The position numbers were made by a program, and so were the translations under genes. Shown here in pieces: positions 1 to 13,120 of a DNA stretch of 64,000 bases. This stretch comes from Octopus vulgaris (Eukaryota), in the NCBI GenBank assembly GCA_951406725.2, contig OX597822.1, forward strand, positions 113,274,001-113,338,000. Reading direction: 5' to 3'. The notes under the pieces are model-generated. The model ran no database searches, had not been told where the DNA came from, and saw nothing but the letters and a program-made list of their open reading frames with translations. Every line of letters starts with the position of its first letter. Position 1 is the first letter of the stretch.

Positions 1-44
1 TACACCACATGACTTTACACATCACATCACATATGATGTGCCAT

Positions 45-288
45 ACTAATACACACACCAACTAATACATACTAATACGTACTAATACATACTAGTACAT
101 ACTAATACTTACACCAACCCTATACATACACACGTCCAGACCCGCATACGCACTTATATACTCTCTCACACACACACACAGACACCTATACATACCAATA
201 CGTACTAATACATACTAATACATACTAATACATACACCAACCCCATACATACGCACGTCCAGACCAATCTTACGCACTAATACTCTCT

Positions 289-326
<38 letters not shown>

Positions 327-385
327 ATACATACTAATACATACACCAACCCTATACATACACACATCCAGACCCCTCCCACGCA
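45..385. repeat. Composite minisatellite (~110-125 bp unit x3: (ACTAATACAT)n + ACACCAACCC...CCAGACC + (CA)n)
   Basis: ACACCAACCCTATACATACACACGTCCAGACC-like block recurs at ~111, ~234 and ~344, separated by (TACTAATACA)n and (CA)n. Confidence 0.8.
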
Positions 386-694
386 CTTTTAGCTGGTCCC
401 TCGACCCTTTTATCAACCCTATTATCTCCCCTTATTTCGCTCTCGCTTCTCATGTTTGATCTTTGACCTCTGGCCGAAATCAGATCGCCATGTTGATTCG
501 TTAGCTACTGCACGCATTTTTTTTCTCTCCTTCTTTCTGTGTTTTTCTCTCTCTGTGTATCTTTCTGTTGAAGAGCGTAGGCTCGAAACGTTAAAGACTT
601 GTTTTATTTATATTTCCTGAGCGCCATACTAATACAATTGTTCGTTTGTTTTCCACCTGCCTTCGTCTTTTGTTTATTTTCATAAAGCCTCCCG

Positions 695-695
<1 letters not shown>
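386..695 (+). mobile_element. Penelope-like element 3' terminal repeat (pLTR) remnant ending at (TA)n
   Basis: Non-coding pyrimidine-rich segment containing a minimal hammerhead motif (560-597) and abutting a (TA)n tract at 696. Confidence 0.6.
560..597 (+). ncRNA. Minimal type I hammerhead-ribozyme-like motif (variant core CUGUUGA)
   Basis: TCTTT-CTGTTGA-A-GAGC(GTAG)GCTC-GAAA-CG-TT-AAAGA: stem I TCTTT/AAAGA, stem II GAGC/GCTC, palindromic AACGTT stem III as in PLE minimal hammerheads. Confidence 0.7.
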
Positions 696-742
<47 letters not shown>

Positions 743-759
743 CGCTCCAACTACATATG

Positions 760-1180
760 TGTGTGTGTAGTTAGGGCGCATCATTTCTGTCTTTGAAGAG
801 AGTCTCCATTCATTTATCCTCTCCCAGTAGCTCATCTTTTGTACCGTGACAGTCTTCTTGGTGTGCTTTGGTCGCTTGCCTCGGGTCTGCAATTAGCTTC
901 ACGCTTTGTGGCGACCGTAATTGGGAGGAGCAATCCAGGCGACTGACAAGGACTGTTCTCCATAGTATGAAGCATCACCATTCATGTGAATTCTCGGCTC
1001 ATGAATTGTAGTTTTCTTATTTCATTCTGTTTGCGGATCAAAAACGGTGTTTCGGAATTTCTCAGCATTCAACTGCATGTTGTTTTCTTCAGTCCTCTTG
1101 TATATTTCTGTAGATTCGAGTCAATGTCAGGGTCCTTGACTGCCTATGATACTTTTGTATCATCCACATAGCTGGTGAAC
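760..1180 (-). mobile_element. CR1-group LINE ORF2 C-terminal fragment, degenerate
   Basis: Minus-strand translation gives RTVLVSRLDCSSQLRSP and HTKKTVTVQKMSYWER, matching the CR1-type ..RLDYCSQLWSP....QR..TK......Y.ERL motif. Confidence 0.7.
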
Positions 1181-2834
1181 AAGAGATTGAAATATGATGA
1201 TTGTTGATGACCGCTTTCATCACAATTGCTTTATATGAAGCGAAGATGGTAAGTCGGTATCTAGCGGGTTTGCTCAGAGAGAGCGAACAAATTTTAGGGT
1301 ATAGAATACACTATCATCTTTTCTCAAAAGTTGTGTCAGACAACTGTTAGTAACAGCAAAGGAAATATCAAATACTAAGGCGATTGGTGTCACACGATCA
1401 TACTTAGGATAATAAGTGGAAGATATAAATATGGTGATGAATCCTCAAAATCAAAAATTAGAATATGAAATTAATGAAATGTGAATTCAGGACTGTTGTG
1501 ATTTTTGGTGTAATAATTATATACTTGCAACTGTATAATGTATATCTATGTATTGTGTACTGCTCGTAGTTTTTGTCTGTGTACTCCTAGACTGGTTACG
1601 TTGATGATTGCTCAGTTTCAACGACTCCTGTTTGGTACCTGTGAGAGAAACTTTGAGATTAATAAGAAGTTTGGCCACTCAAGAATAAAAGGTGAGGCGA
1701 GTGTTAAGTAAAAATATAAAAAGGCAAATCTAAGAATTTTTAGATACAATTTGTGTAATTTCAACCGGTCAGTGTTTCTAACCTATGAAAGAGAGGTTTA
1801 TATATCAACCAGTTGAACTTCCACTCGATTCACTCCAAGTTAGTTTGGCAGCAACTTAATTTTCCCAGATATGGCAGTCGTGTGAAGAAGGGTACTTGTA
1901 AGGGTCAGCATCTGTTCGAAGCTGGAGTATTTCCTGGGTCTGCAAATAATACCTAACTTTTCAGAGTCAGCTTTTGCTATTTAGTATACAAATAACACTG
2001 AATGTATAAATACTGCAGAAATACTGGTAAGGTTAGAGAATGAACACAAAATAATCACGTATCTGAGATAGGAACTCAGATTACTTTGGAGACTTGGGGA
2101 TGATGTATTTACCCCCAGCTCCCTTTTTAATTGCTATTAAGAAACCAGTTGTCGAAACCATCAGGCGAACTTGCCATATTCGCCCTTCGCTCCAATGGAC
2201 TCTATCACACACGATTGAATATAAACACCAAACATATGGCAGGGTAGTAGTCTTTCATTGCAAACCTTAAATATATATCGCAATTGTTTAAAAACATAAT
2301 ATGAATAGTATGCGTGTATGTATAGCCAAGTATTTAATATACTATAAGATATAAAAAATATATCTACGTTAAGTAAAATACGTGTGTGTATGCGGGCGCA
2401 CGTGTATACTTACGTGCGTCTGTGTGTGTGTGTGTGTGTGTGTGTGAAGAAGTATATGAATGCGAACTGCGTGCGCTTTGGGAGACTAAATATTATGGCA
2501 CGTGTGTGGTAATAAATACGCGATTTTTCTTTGCATTTATGTTTTGTATAATTGCGCATGGATGGCTTCTTTATTGCAGAATATGTTAATTTGGAGAGTT
2601 TTTCAGTTAGGAAAATATACATCTTTTACCTTCTGTTAGAAGTTTGGAAGAAGCATCAAGAATTACGGAAAGGTGGACAGACTGCAATCTGTTTTAGACT
2701 ACTTCTAATGCCCTCTAGATGCTGTAGATATTAATGAAGTACTCATTCAAGTGCAAAGCTACTTTCCCCACACGCGCGCGCACACACACATACACACACG
2801 CACACGCGATGGCCTGTCCATAAACATGCACACG

Positions 2835-2875
<41 letters not shown>

Positions 2876-3037
2876 ATACGTGTAAACTCAAGTCGTCAGA
2901 AAGGAATTCTGTCTAAATAAACTATATTTACCAACGTATATTGAGTTCTCTCTTCCTTATTCTTTCGACAACAATCAACGTTTGAATACACTTTATGTGT
3001 GTGCTGTGTGTGTGAGTGTGTATATATACATATATAC

Positions 3038-3072
<35 letters not shown>

Positions 3073-4635
3073 GCATGCATGCATGCATGTATGTATGTAT
3101 GCATGTGTGTATGTATGTATGCATGTGTGTATGCATGTATGTGTGTGTGTGAGTATGTAAGTATGTATGTATAGGATGGACGTATAGAACTATGCCAAAA
3201 GTCTAAACGTGTTAAGTGCTCAGTCCTGGGTTGTTGAGCAGTTTATGAATTTTATCTTATCTTGAAATTAAAAAGATTAGAATTGTTTTAGACTATGTTT
3301 AACTATTTTTAAGTATTCATTTTAGTGAATGCAATAACTATTTCTTTAAAGACAGTTTTCAATGCAAAGGTCCTCAAATAAATACGTTAATAATATATTA
3401 CTATCCACTTAATAAAATGCTGTAATGTTACACATTTTGGTCGAATTTTATACACTTAATTTGAAGAAATATTTTGATATTTTTAAGACGTATATGTTAT
3501 TTATCTACATATGATTGTCAGCCGTCAACTAACTGAAAATACCTTTTAAAATATTTAACAACTATATTGATATAAAACCACAAAAAAAGTTATCCGTCTG
3601 AACTTCTATAAAGTGGTGTATTTATTTTGTCTAATAGGTGCAGATTACAACTGCCGTCACTTAGGTTTTATATTCTTCTTTCGAGTTATCGCATGATCTC
3701 TTGTATTCCAGTCAAATCTGTACACAGCCGACAATAGGGTAAGGCAGGTGAGACAGGCGAGACAGGCAAGACATGTGAGGTATTGCCCTGGGATCCATAA
3801 ACAATGCTATAAATTTTTTGAAGATAGATAGCTGTGTATTTGAATTTAAAGTGAGTAATTAACTAAACAAAGCAGGAGTCAATTTGGTCTTTATCATGTT
3901 TAATAGCAGCTCCTCTTATCCAGGGATTATAAGAAAGAACGGTAAGTGCTCAGGTGGCCACGTAGACTGATCCTTGAACGATTAGCTCCGCCGTCTTGAG
4001 GCAAGTATAAATGCTTTGGTCTAATGGTAATGGTTTCTTGGCAACGGCTCTGTCTTTGGCATTTCTCTTCTGCCGCAATTGCTCTGACTTTCCCAAAAAC
4101 GCTTTCCAACGATCTGGATGCGGTCTTACCGCACCATCATTTGATTTGGAGCTCTCTCCCATTCTGTAAGGGATCTATCTTTTCTTGGGTGAACAGGTAT
4201 TTCAGCTGTTCTATCATGTTTACTGAGAAATTAAGTACGTTACGGTAGTCAATAGCATCTGTCACTGACATAAATTTGATGGCTTCGATTGAAAAATCAG
4301 TCTGTTGCTATTAATCTGTAGTGTACAATAAAACAATTATATATTAACCGAAACTAGGTTCCCATTTACCAATTGCAGGGTTGTCTGTCTCTCTTTGGTG
4401 CCTTTCTTCTTTAACGATATGTTAAGCCACGAAACTTTTTCGTTTGTTGATCGAAGACCTATACACCTGTGCACTCAAGCACGCGCGCACGAACACACAC
4501 ACACACACACACGCGCACTTACCCACATATACACACTTACATACATATACATACACTCGCACACACAAGTACACATATGCATACATACACGCACACGTAC
4601 ATATACACATACACGCATATACATGCACTTGTGTC

Positions 4636-4691
<56 letters not shown>

Positions 4692-5098
4692 TGATGGATA
4701 ACTTAATTTGCAAAAAATAATAAAAGACCTAAATGTAAATTTTTCTAATATAAGTTTATTAGCCTAATCCCCATCTCATATCGGAGAAATTTAGATGTGA
4801 AAACGCAAATTTGTAATTTACACTTTAATAAATTCAAATGACTTGAATTTTACATCAGTTTGAATCAATCCGTTTATTTTGACTGCAAATTTATGATCAG
4901 TTAAAATATTTAACGAGACAAAGCAGAATAAAAGCATCCATTGTCGAGGGTCAAAACCGGCTGCAGAATTTCATGGGCAGATTCTGGTTCTCGTAATTGC
5001 AACAGAATAATACAAGAAAAATAAATTGAGCATTTGCTTACGAGTGTGTTTTTGTGTATATATATTCATGTATGTAAATTTTGTTGACGAATGTATGG

Positions 5099-5184
<86 letters not shown>

Positions 5185-5579
5185 CTTATAAACAAGAGCG
5201 AAAGAAAAAAATTCGAATGCCAAATATGCCGAAAATAGACAAATTGTCAATAACCATATAATTTTCTTTCGCCTTTGTTTATAAATTTAACCTTTAAAGA
5301 TATTTTTTAATATGCTGGCCATCGATAAATTTTTTTTCGAAAAATTTTATCCTATATTAGATATATATATATATACAAACACGCAAATACATATACAGCG
5401 AGCGAATAGAAGTAAGTTCTCTCACCATCAACAACAACACTATTCTACTGCTTTACTCCTCAGCCTTTTCTGTCTCCCTCAACCTCATTTCGTCTCTGAC
5501 CCCCTCCCACTACTTTTCAAAGTATCTTTCGATTTGTACTGCTCGAAATATTTGCTTTTATTATCATTAAAAGCTATTG

Positions 5580-6020
5580 AGGTGGCGACCTAGCAGAATC
5601 GTTAGCCCGCCAGAAGGAATGCTTGGCGCTATTCTTTCCGGCTTTTTACATTTTGTGCTCAAATACCGTGAACGCCAATTTTGCTTTCCATCTTTTTGGG
5701 GTCGATAAAATATAGCCCCAGCGAAGTTCTGAGGTCACTGGTTCCACATAACACGCTCCCTTAAAAATTGATGGCTTTGTAGCAAAATTAGAACCATTAT
5801 GACATAATATTTCAGTGCAGTAGGCTGTCAGAATCGTTTGAGTATAGGACAAAATATTATGCAGTATCTAGTCCCATCTCTGAGTCCAAATCCCATCCAG
5901 GCTAACTCTACATTTCGTCTTTCCGGGGTCGATAAAATAAAGTACCAGCCACATACTGGAGCCAATATATTTGATTATTAGCATCCCCAAATTTCAGGCT
6001 TTGTGTCTGAAATACTTATT
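5580..6020 (+). mobile_element. Two adjacent degenerate copies of tRNA-derived SINE family A (short-tail variant)
   Basis: GGTGGCGACCTAGCAGAATCGTTAGC head, B-box-like TGCTCAAAT/GAGTCCAAAT, central GCTTTCCATCTTTTTGGGGTCGATAAAAT. Confidence 0.75.
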
Positions 6021-6230
6021 ACTCTTTTACACTTTTACTTGTTTCAGTCATTTGACTGTGGCCATGCTAGAGCACCATCTTTAGTCGAGCAAATCGACTC
6101 CAGGACTTATTCTTTATAAGCCTAGTACTTATTCTATCGGTCGCTTTTGTCGAACCGCTAAGTTACGGGGACGTAAACACACCAGCATTGGTTGTGAAGC
6201 GATGGGGGGGACAAACATACACACGTATAT
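6020..6230 (-). mobile_element. SINE family B, 3' half
   Basis: Near-identical to the 3' halves of copies at 24061, 50469 and 54972 (ACTCTTTTACTTGTTTCAGTCATTTGACTG...GAACCGCTAAGTTACGGGGACG). Confidence 0.85.
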
Positions 6231-6250
6231 TTATATATATATATATATAT

Positions 6251-6619
6251 ATATAAAAAGGGAAATGAAGAAAATGCTGACAAAATAATTTAAGTAAGAG
6301 AGAGTGTATTTAATTAGGTGAAAGTTCTTTTTACCGGTTGCGCATTTGTTATGCTTATCAAAAGATATTTTTTAAAGAGAGATAGAGTTCCTTTCTGATA
6401 GATTTTTTTCTCTTATCTGACTTTATGTTGGGTTTGATGTCTCTTATATGTGAAAAAAGAGGCTCCAGAGTTGTTTAAGATTTGCTTGGTTTCGCGCCTG
6501 AAATTTCTTGTGGACAATGGTCAATACAATTTACACTCTCCCTTACGTAAATTATTTTGTCAGCATTTTCTTCATTTCCTTTTTTATATATCACAACTCG
6601 TGTTCCACATCTCCTTTTT

Positions 6620-6622
<3 letters not shown>
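6251..6622. mobile_element. (TA)n-embedded fold-back element (PLE-type inverted terminal remnant) with degenerate hammerhead
   Basis: ~58-bp inverted arms 6251-6308 / 6532-6590; hammerhead-like motif on - strand at 6326-6366; (TA)n on both sides. Confidence 0.65.
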
Positions 6623-6663
<41 letters not shown>

Positions 6664-6739
6664 GTTAGAATTTTCTTTCATACATGTGTATGTATGCATG
6701 TATGTCGCAATCGAGCATCAAAACCGTAACGGAAGTTGA

Positions 6740-7160
6740 AGTCCATCAAGCATATCCGTATGCGAGAACTGAACAACCCACCGCAAGCTTATCCAACATC
6801 TTGAGTGATTCCTCCACTGATGCATGCGTAATGCTCTGAAGGTCTCGTGGCGATCTCATGTCCTTGATTTGAGAGGGCTGCAGCTGGCGAAAATGACAAG
6901 CATCAAACCCATGATTATGAAACACCAATTTAGATGCTCTGGTCATTTGGTCTGCTCAGAGGACCATCCGTACACCAAAGCAAATGTTGTATGGTGAGCT
7001 GAAACAAGGAAAACGTCTCCGGGGCAAACCATGCAAGCGTTTCAAAAAAAAAATCAATGTCGATACTAACTTCGGGGAACCTCTTGCATCAGGGAGCTAC
7101 GAAGGAATCTACCGGTGTTAAATAATCTGAGAACATCAGGATTGCATGCACTTAGTTGAA
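6740..7160 (+). mobile_element. RTE-clade LINE 3' fragment
   Basis: LRCSGHLV...[26 protein letters not shown] matches the RTE C-terminal LRW.GH..RM...R.PK..LYGEL..GKR..G....R.K motif. Confidence 0.8.
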
Positions 7161-7179
7161 ACGTGCTGGTAAATATATG

Positions 7180-7410
7180 TTTCTTTATTACCCACAAGGG
7201 ACTAAACACAGAGAGGACAATCAAGGACAGACAAAGGGATTAAGTCGATTATATCGACCCCAGTGCGTAACTGGTACTTAATTCATCGACTCCGAAAGGA
7301 TGAAAAGCAAAGTCGACCTCGGCGGAATTTGAACTCAGAACGTAACGGCAGACGAAATACGGCTACGCATTTCGCCTGGCGTGCTAACGGTTCTGCCAGC
7401 TCGCCGCCTT
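7180..7410 (-). mobile_element. SINE family A, full length, long-tail variant, 16-bp TSD
   Basis: Head GGCGGCGAGCTGGCAGAA, B box GAGTTCAAATTCC, tail CTTGTGGGTAATAAAGAAA; TSD TGCTGGTAAATATATG at 7164-7179 and 7415-7430. Confidence 0.9.
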
Positions 7411-7430
7411 TATATGCTGGTAAATATATG

Positions 7431-8121
7431 GCAGATGCTTATGATGTGGGTGATATCATCAGCGTGAACTCCACAAAGTCTACACCGGTTGTCACATTTT
7501 ACGGCTTTTCCCGCATTTCTATCTCTTTTGTGCATCAGGTACTTGGTTGATATTTCCTGTTCCTGGATTGAAAATGCATACCCTTCAAAGTGGGAGGTAG
7601 TAATCCGGCTATTGATCCATGATAAACTGCTTTGATGATCGATGGTACTATCACCAAGGAGCTTTCTACTAACATATCCATGCATAGCCTTCTGCTCATA
7701 TAGTCTCATCCTTTCATCTGATGATTCGTTGCAGTAGAGTTGTACAACTTCTGTGGGCATGTATTCTAGGTTATCAGACAAAGAGTGTTGCTCAAGGAGC
7801 TGCCTTCCAAGTCTTATGATGTTATCAGCCTCATGTATGCAAAATTGGTCAAGGGATGCCCTTCGACGCTTGGTGGTTAAAAGATGTTGCCGAAAGGATA
7901 TGATGCCACCTTGTTTTCGTTTTAAGTAGAGGCGGTCCACGTCACTGTTTATGTGGAAATTATGTGTGTTCTTTAGTATTTTTCGGGTTTTCACATCAAT
8001 GGCTCGGATCTCATCAAGCGTCCAATCAAGAAGCCTAAATGTTAGTATGAGTACTGACACTGCAAACACATTGTGGGTCACTGTTTTATTGAATGCAGAG
8101 AGTTCTGAGGTCCAAATTTTC

Positions 8122-8122
<1 letters not shown>
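7431..8122 (-). mobile_element. R4/Dong-like (restriction-like endonuclease) non-LTR retrotransposon fragment: RT thumb to CCHC finger
   Basis: ORF 7410-8243: SELSAFNKTVTHNVFAV, HINSDVDRLYLKRKQGG, KAMHG, EGYAFSIQEQEIST, CRLCGVHADDITHIISIC; the N-terminal part of the ORF is just (CATA)n. Confidence 0.85.
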
Positions 8123-8152
<30 letters not shown>

Positions 8153-8344
8153 TGTATGTATGTATGTATGTATGTATGTATGAATAGACAAATTGGAAAA
8201 AACCCAGGAAAAGACAATAAAAGTCATTTATATTACCACTCACACATTACATATCACGTATTATAAAAAGACCACTCGCCTTTAAAAAAGAAGCTTCTGA
8301 CCTTGTAACAAAGTTAGAAACGTATACTGTAAGTTTATATCACT

Positions 8345-8663
8345 ACAGAAGGAGGAATAGGGAAGATGAGGAGGTGGAGGAGGAGGAGGAGGAGGAGGAT
8401 GTGGAGGTAGAGGACGAGGAGCAGAAGGAGGAGGAGGATGTGGAGGTAGAGGACGAGGAGGTGGAGGTAGAGGACGAGGAGGAGGAAGAGGACGAGGAGG
8501 AGGAAGAGGACGAGGAGTAGGAAGAGGACGAGGAGGAGGAGGAGGAGGAGGAGGATGGAGGAGGAGTTGGTGGAGGAAGAGGAGGAGGAGGAAGAGGAGG
8601 AGGAGGTAGAAGAGGAGGACGAGGACGAGGAGGAGGTAGAAATGGAGGAAGAGGAGGAGGAGG
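8345..8663. repeat. (GAG)n-based imperfect trinucleotide repeat
   Basis: Direct reading. Confidence 0.95.
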
Positions 8664-8869
8664 TCTGTTCATCGGCACTCAAATTAGTAAATGCAATAAT
8701 CTGCATGATTTGAACTCAAGTGATGTAAACAACAAGCGTCTCTGATTTTATTATAAGGTCATAATTATTTTTTAAAAGGACAGGCTGCAATCGATTAAAT
8801 CAAACTCTCCTTCCATAGCAAGGATTGTTTTAGAGACGTTAATGAGAGCCAAGAGGCTGCATTAGATGC

Positions 8870-9072
8870 TACGAGGAGGTGCAGAAAAATTCCTGGCTTT
8901 GGGTAAAAGAAAATACAGGAGAATCAGTTATGATTTTATTCAACATATCACGCACTTATTGCTGCGGCCCTTCAGTTTTCCTAAGCCCTGTAAAAGAACT
9001 CGGAACGTTGGACATCTAGCCAGGCCTTTCACAATATCCTTAAAGCCAGGAACTTTTCAGCTGCCCCTAGTA
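8870..9072. mobile_element. Tc1/mariner-type MITE
   Basis: TA-flanked ~30-bp imperfect TIRs CGAGGAGGTGCAGAAAAATTCCTGGCTTT / AAAGCCAGGAACTTTTCAGCTGCCCCTAG; no ORF. Confidence 0.75.
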
Positions 9073-9189
9073 TTATTGCAGGAGCTGACACAGTTACGCG
9101 CCAGTTCTAATATTCGATCCTTAGAAAAAGGAAGAGTGACAAAAAGCAAAACTTGCCATCTTCATTTCGGTTTTCGTGTCTATCCTCAA

Positions 9190-9626
9190 CTATGAGCCTG
9201 AACGTTGGATAATAATCAAAAGCGTACGACCGTGAATACAAACGACCGTGCTAAGGTTCCTAGAAGGATCTCTGGAGTAACATTACTCGACAGGATTTGT
9301 AACTCGGATATCCGGGAATCTTTCTAGGTTGAGCCGCTAATTCTCTATATTGAGAGGTAACAACTCCAGCACTATAGACTTGCGAGTAGAATGTGAGAGG
9401 AATGAATCGCAAGGCCGATTCTTCAAGCCAGAGGAGACCTATGGGTAAAGCGAGAACGAGATTGAATAACATCCATAGTCTCAGTTGTCCACGCTCAGAA
9501 ACCCACGAAGAAAATGTAAAGACGTTTGCTTCTAACAGAACCCTATGAAGGAAGTGCATGAGGACTCTACCGCCATGACTTTCCCAAGAGTAGAAGGTGG
9601 AGAAGATGGATGGATGGTTGGATGGT
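9190..9626 (+). mobile_element. RTE-like LINE 3' end with (GATG)n tail
   Basis: Degenerate RISGVTLLDRI.NSDIRES..VEPLILYIER.QL, ending in ATGGATGGATGGTTGGATGG. Confidence 0.65.
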
Positions 9627-9799
9627 CACTGAACAGAAGTAACAAGATGCTTAAGTAACTTTCGATGTGATTTTGATTAACTGGATGTTATTAAATGATA
9701 CGAGGTTGAGCACTCCGTCGTTTGTAACAATTTGCAAGAACAATAGCATCGACGTCGACAACAAGAACAACAACTGCAAAAATAACAAGGAGACTACGA

Positions 9800-10015
9800 T
9801 AGGGCTTGTAAGTGGTCGCTCCAGCTGCTAGAAATAGTAGCCAAATCTTCCTCAAATCACACGCTGTCATTTTAGAAGGAAACGTTAAATAACGAGATCC
9901 CGGGTTCCCTGCACCAACACATCCGCCTGTTGGGAAAAATGAATGGTCACAGTTGGAACGCTTAATTATTGATCTGCTGGTTCTAGGTCGATCTGGAGCT
10001 AAACGACAACGACAG
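9800..10015 (+). mobile_element. Dispersed repeat family D (SINE/LINE-tail-like, (AAC)n end); further copies ~41215-41410 (-) and ~61995-62270 (+)
   Basis: Shared CTGCTAGAAATAGYAGCCAAATCTTCCTCA.ATCACA and GATCTGG.RCTAA.CRACAAC segments. Confidence 0.65.
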
Positions 10016-10070
<55 letters not shown>

Positions 10071-10072
10071 GG

Positions 10073-10147
<75 letters not shown>

Positions 10148-10185
10148 CGACAACGACGACGACGACGACGATGATGATGATGATG
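10016..10185. repeat. (GAT)n/(GGT)n/(GAC)n microsatellite
   Basis: Direct reading. Confidence 0.95.
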
Positions 10186-10909
10186 AAATTTCACGTAAAG
10201 AATATTTATCTGGGGAATATTTTTTGAAGAAAATCTGGATGTCTCCTCTCATGAGGTTTAATGCGGAAATGTAGAAGAAAAGAAATAGGAGGGGAGGAGG
10301 GTAGATCCCTATTTTTCTAGTTCTATTTTTCTCTATTTTTTGTGCTTTTTTGTCTACTTTTGCTTTAGTTGTTTTATGTTTTTATTGTTTTTATTGTAGT
10401 TGTTTTGTTTCTGTTGGTTTTGTTTCAAAATAATTATAGCAATAAAAGTGAGATGGGGGGAGGGCAAGCGTTTTGATGGTGCTTATGAAAGCAAACCACC
10501 ATAGCGGCAGCTATTTTCTCTTAATAGATCGCTGTGAAAAGATAGGAGCTGGTTTAGTAGCATCACGGTGAAGAAGGGCTCTTTATTAGACTTGTGTAGA
10601 GTACCGGAAATGGAACGTGAGTTGGTTTGAAGATTCGTTGGAAAAAAAATTCTAGTTCTTGAGAAGAAAAGGTTGGGGTGACTGTATACGAGGTTTGAGA
10701 TGAGAATGAGAAGAATATGGAGGGACGGGAAAAGAAGAAAGATTGAAGATAGAAGTAAAGAAAAAAAGATTATTTGAGATTGGAAAATGCAAAAACAGAT
10801 AAGAAAAAGAATGATTAAAAAAATGAAGATTGTTGGACGGAGAGAGAGAAGACTCGCTAATTTATTTCTCTGTCATTCTCTCTCCTCACCATATACCTTA
10901 TATATATAT

Positions 10910-11280
10910 AACATACATACATGCATACATATATACATACATACATACATACATACATACATACATACATGCATGCATACATACATACATACATACATAC
11001 ATACATGCATACATACATGCATACATACATACATACATACATTCATACATGCATGCATACATGCATACATACATACATACATAAATATATACATGCATAC
11101 ATACATGCATGCATGCATACATACATACATGCATACATACATGCATACGTACATACATACATACATACCTACATGTATACATGCATACATACATATATAC
11201 ATGCATACATACACACATACATACATACATGCATACGTACATACATACATGCATACATACATGCATACTTACATACATAC

Positions 11281-11311
<31 letters not shown>

Positions 11312-11578
11312 CATACATACATACATACATACATACATGCATACATATGCATGCATACATACATGCATACATACATATATACATACATACATACATACAT
11401 ACATACATACATACATGCATACATACATACATTCATACATACATACATACTTACATACATACATACATGCATACATACATACATACATACATACATACAT
11501 GCATACGTACATACATACATACATACATACATACATACATACATACATACATACATACATACATACATGTATGTATGT
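10910..11578. repeat. ~670-bp (TACA)n/(TGCA) compound microsatellite
   Basis: Direct reading; explains the HTYI/MYVC ORFs. Confidence 0.95.
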
Positions 11579-11891
11579 AAATTTAAAGAAAGAGGAAGAG
11601 AGAGACGGAGAGAAAGAGGAAACAGAATGTCAGTTTGGAATATTTGGAACAGCATGACAGAGTCTGTGAATGGTGTGTAAGGAGTCTAAGAACCATCAAG
11701 GAGTAAGACAGAATGAATGAAGAGTGGAACTGATAAAACTGGTCATTGATAGTTCCAGAAGAGACGGATGCTGAGGTAATTGTAGAACGAATCTGATAAA
11801 CGTGCGTTTGTAGAGAATAGCTGGAGTAATTATCACACATACACGGGAATACAGAATATAAACTGATAAATGCATCGGTTACACGTACGCA

Positions 11892-11911
11892 TGTGTGTGT
11901 GTGTGTGTGTT

Positions 11912-11944
<33 letters not shown>

Positions 11945-11977
11945 TTGTGTTTGTGTGTTTGTGTGTGTGTGTGTGTT

Positions 11978-12018
<41 letters not shown>

Positions 12019-12053
12019 GTTTGTGTTTGTGTTTGTGTGTGTGTTTGTGTTTG

Positions 12054-12084
<31 letters not shown>

Positions 12085-12186
12085 TTGTGTTTGTGTGTGT
12101 GTGTATGTGTGTGTTTGTGTTTGTGTTTGTGTGTGTGTGCGTGTGTTTGTGTTTGTGTGTTTGTGTTTGTGTCTGTGTGTGTGTTT

Positions 12187-12261
<75 letters not shown>

Positions 12262-12289
12262 TGTTTGTGTGTGTGTTTGCGTTTGTGTT

Positions 12290-12342
<53 letters not shown>
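11892..12342. repeat. (TG)n/(TGTT) compound microsatellite
   Basis: Direct reading; explains the CV-rich ORFs. Confidence 0.95.
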
Positions 12343-12344
<2 letters not shown>

Positions 12345-12853
12345 ATAGATGTAAACGATATACAGAAGTGTAGACGAAGAAATTCAGAAGGAGAAAAGAA
12401 AAAATAAAGCTAATTCTAATTAGAACATGTCTAAATTTATAATTTAGTCAGGATACGAGTCCATGTAGAATTAAGATAAACTAGATATCGATATCTATGA
12501 TAAGAAGAAAGAATCACAACTGCAATTTGCGGCAATTATTAATGTTGCACGTTACAATAAGAATTCATTCCATGAATTAAAGGTACAAGGAAAGATTACA
12601 TAGAATATGTAGATGAAGTCAGTATTAACAGAATACATTTGTAATTTTCCAAGCCATTAGTAAATGACATGAGCAATCTAGTTACAATGCCTAGCAGTGA
12701 GATCGAACGTGTAATGGATTCCTCAGCGCATCGGAGATTTTGTTGTTGGGCTTAGCGAGGTAAGCAGGATGATCCTCTGCACCTATCCATGGTGCTTATT
12801 CCAGCCTAGTGTTTGAACTAAATGAGATTATTGATATTGTAACTATTTTTGCA

Positions 12854-13120
12854 GTGGAGGCGTGTGGCTTAGTGGTTAGGGTATCAGCATCATGATCGTA
12901 AGATTGTGGTTTCGATTCCTGTAGCGGGCGACGCGTTGTGTTCTTGAGCAAAACACTTTATTTCACGTTGCTCCAGTCCACTCAGCTGGCAAAAATGAGT
13001 AACACTACGATGGACTGGCGTCCCGTCCAGCTGGGGGGAACACATACACCACTGAAACCGGGAAACCGGGCCCATGAGCCTGGCAAGGCATAAAAAGGGC
13101 GTATTTATTTATTTTATTCA
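12854..13120 (+). mobile_element. tRNA-derived SINE (family C variant: CORE-like body + V-domain-like 3' part), 14-bp TSD
   Basis: A box TGGCTTAGTGG, B box GGTTTCGATTCC, GATGGACTGGCGTCCCGTCCAG; TSD TAACTATTTTTGCA at 12840-12853 and 13121-13134. Confidence 0.85.

Noticed and set aside
8335-10252. Poly-Ser/Pro/Leu/His/Met ORFs
   Set aside because: Trinucleotide repeats (GAG)n and (GAT)n with no flanking coding signal
10787-12407. Long ORFs (up to 297 aa) rich in HTYI, MYVC or CV
   Set aside because: Translations of (TACA)n and (TG)n microsatellites, open in several frames on both strands; the same applies to all YI/HT/YLSI ORFs in the window
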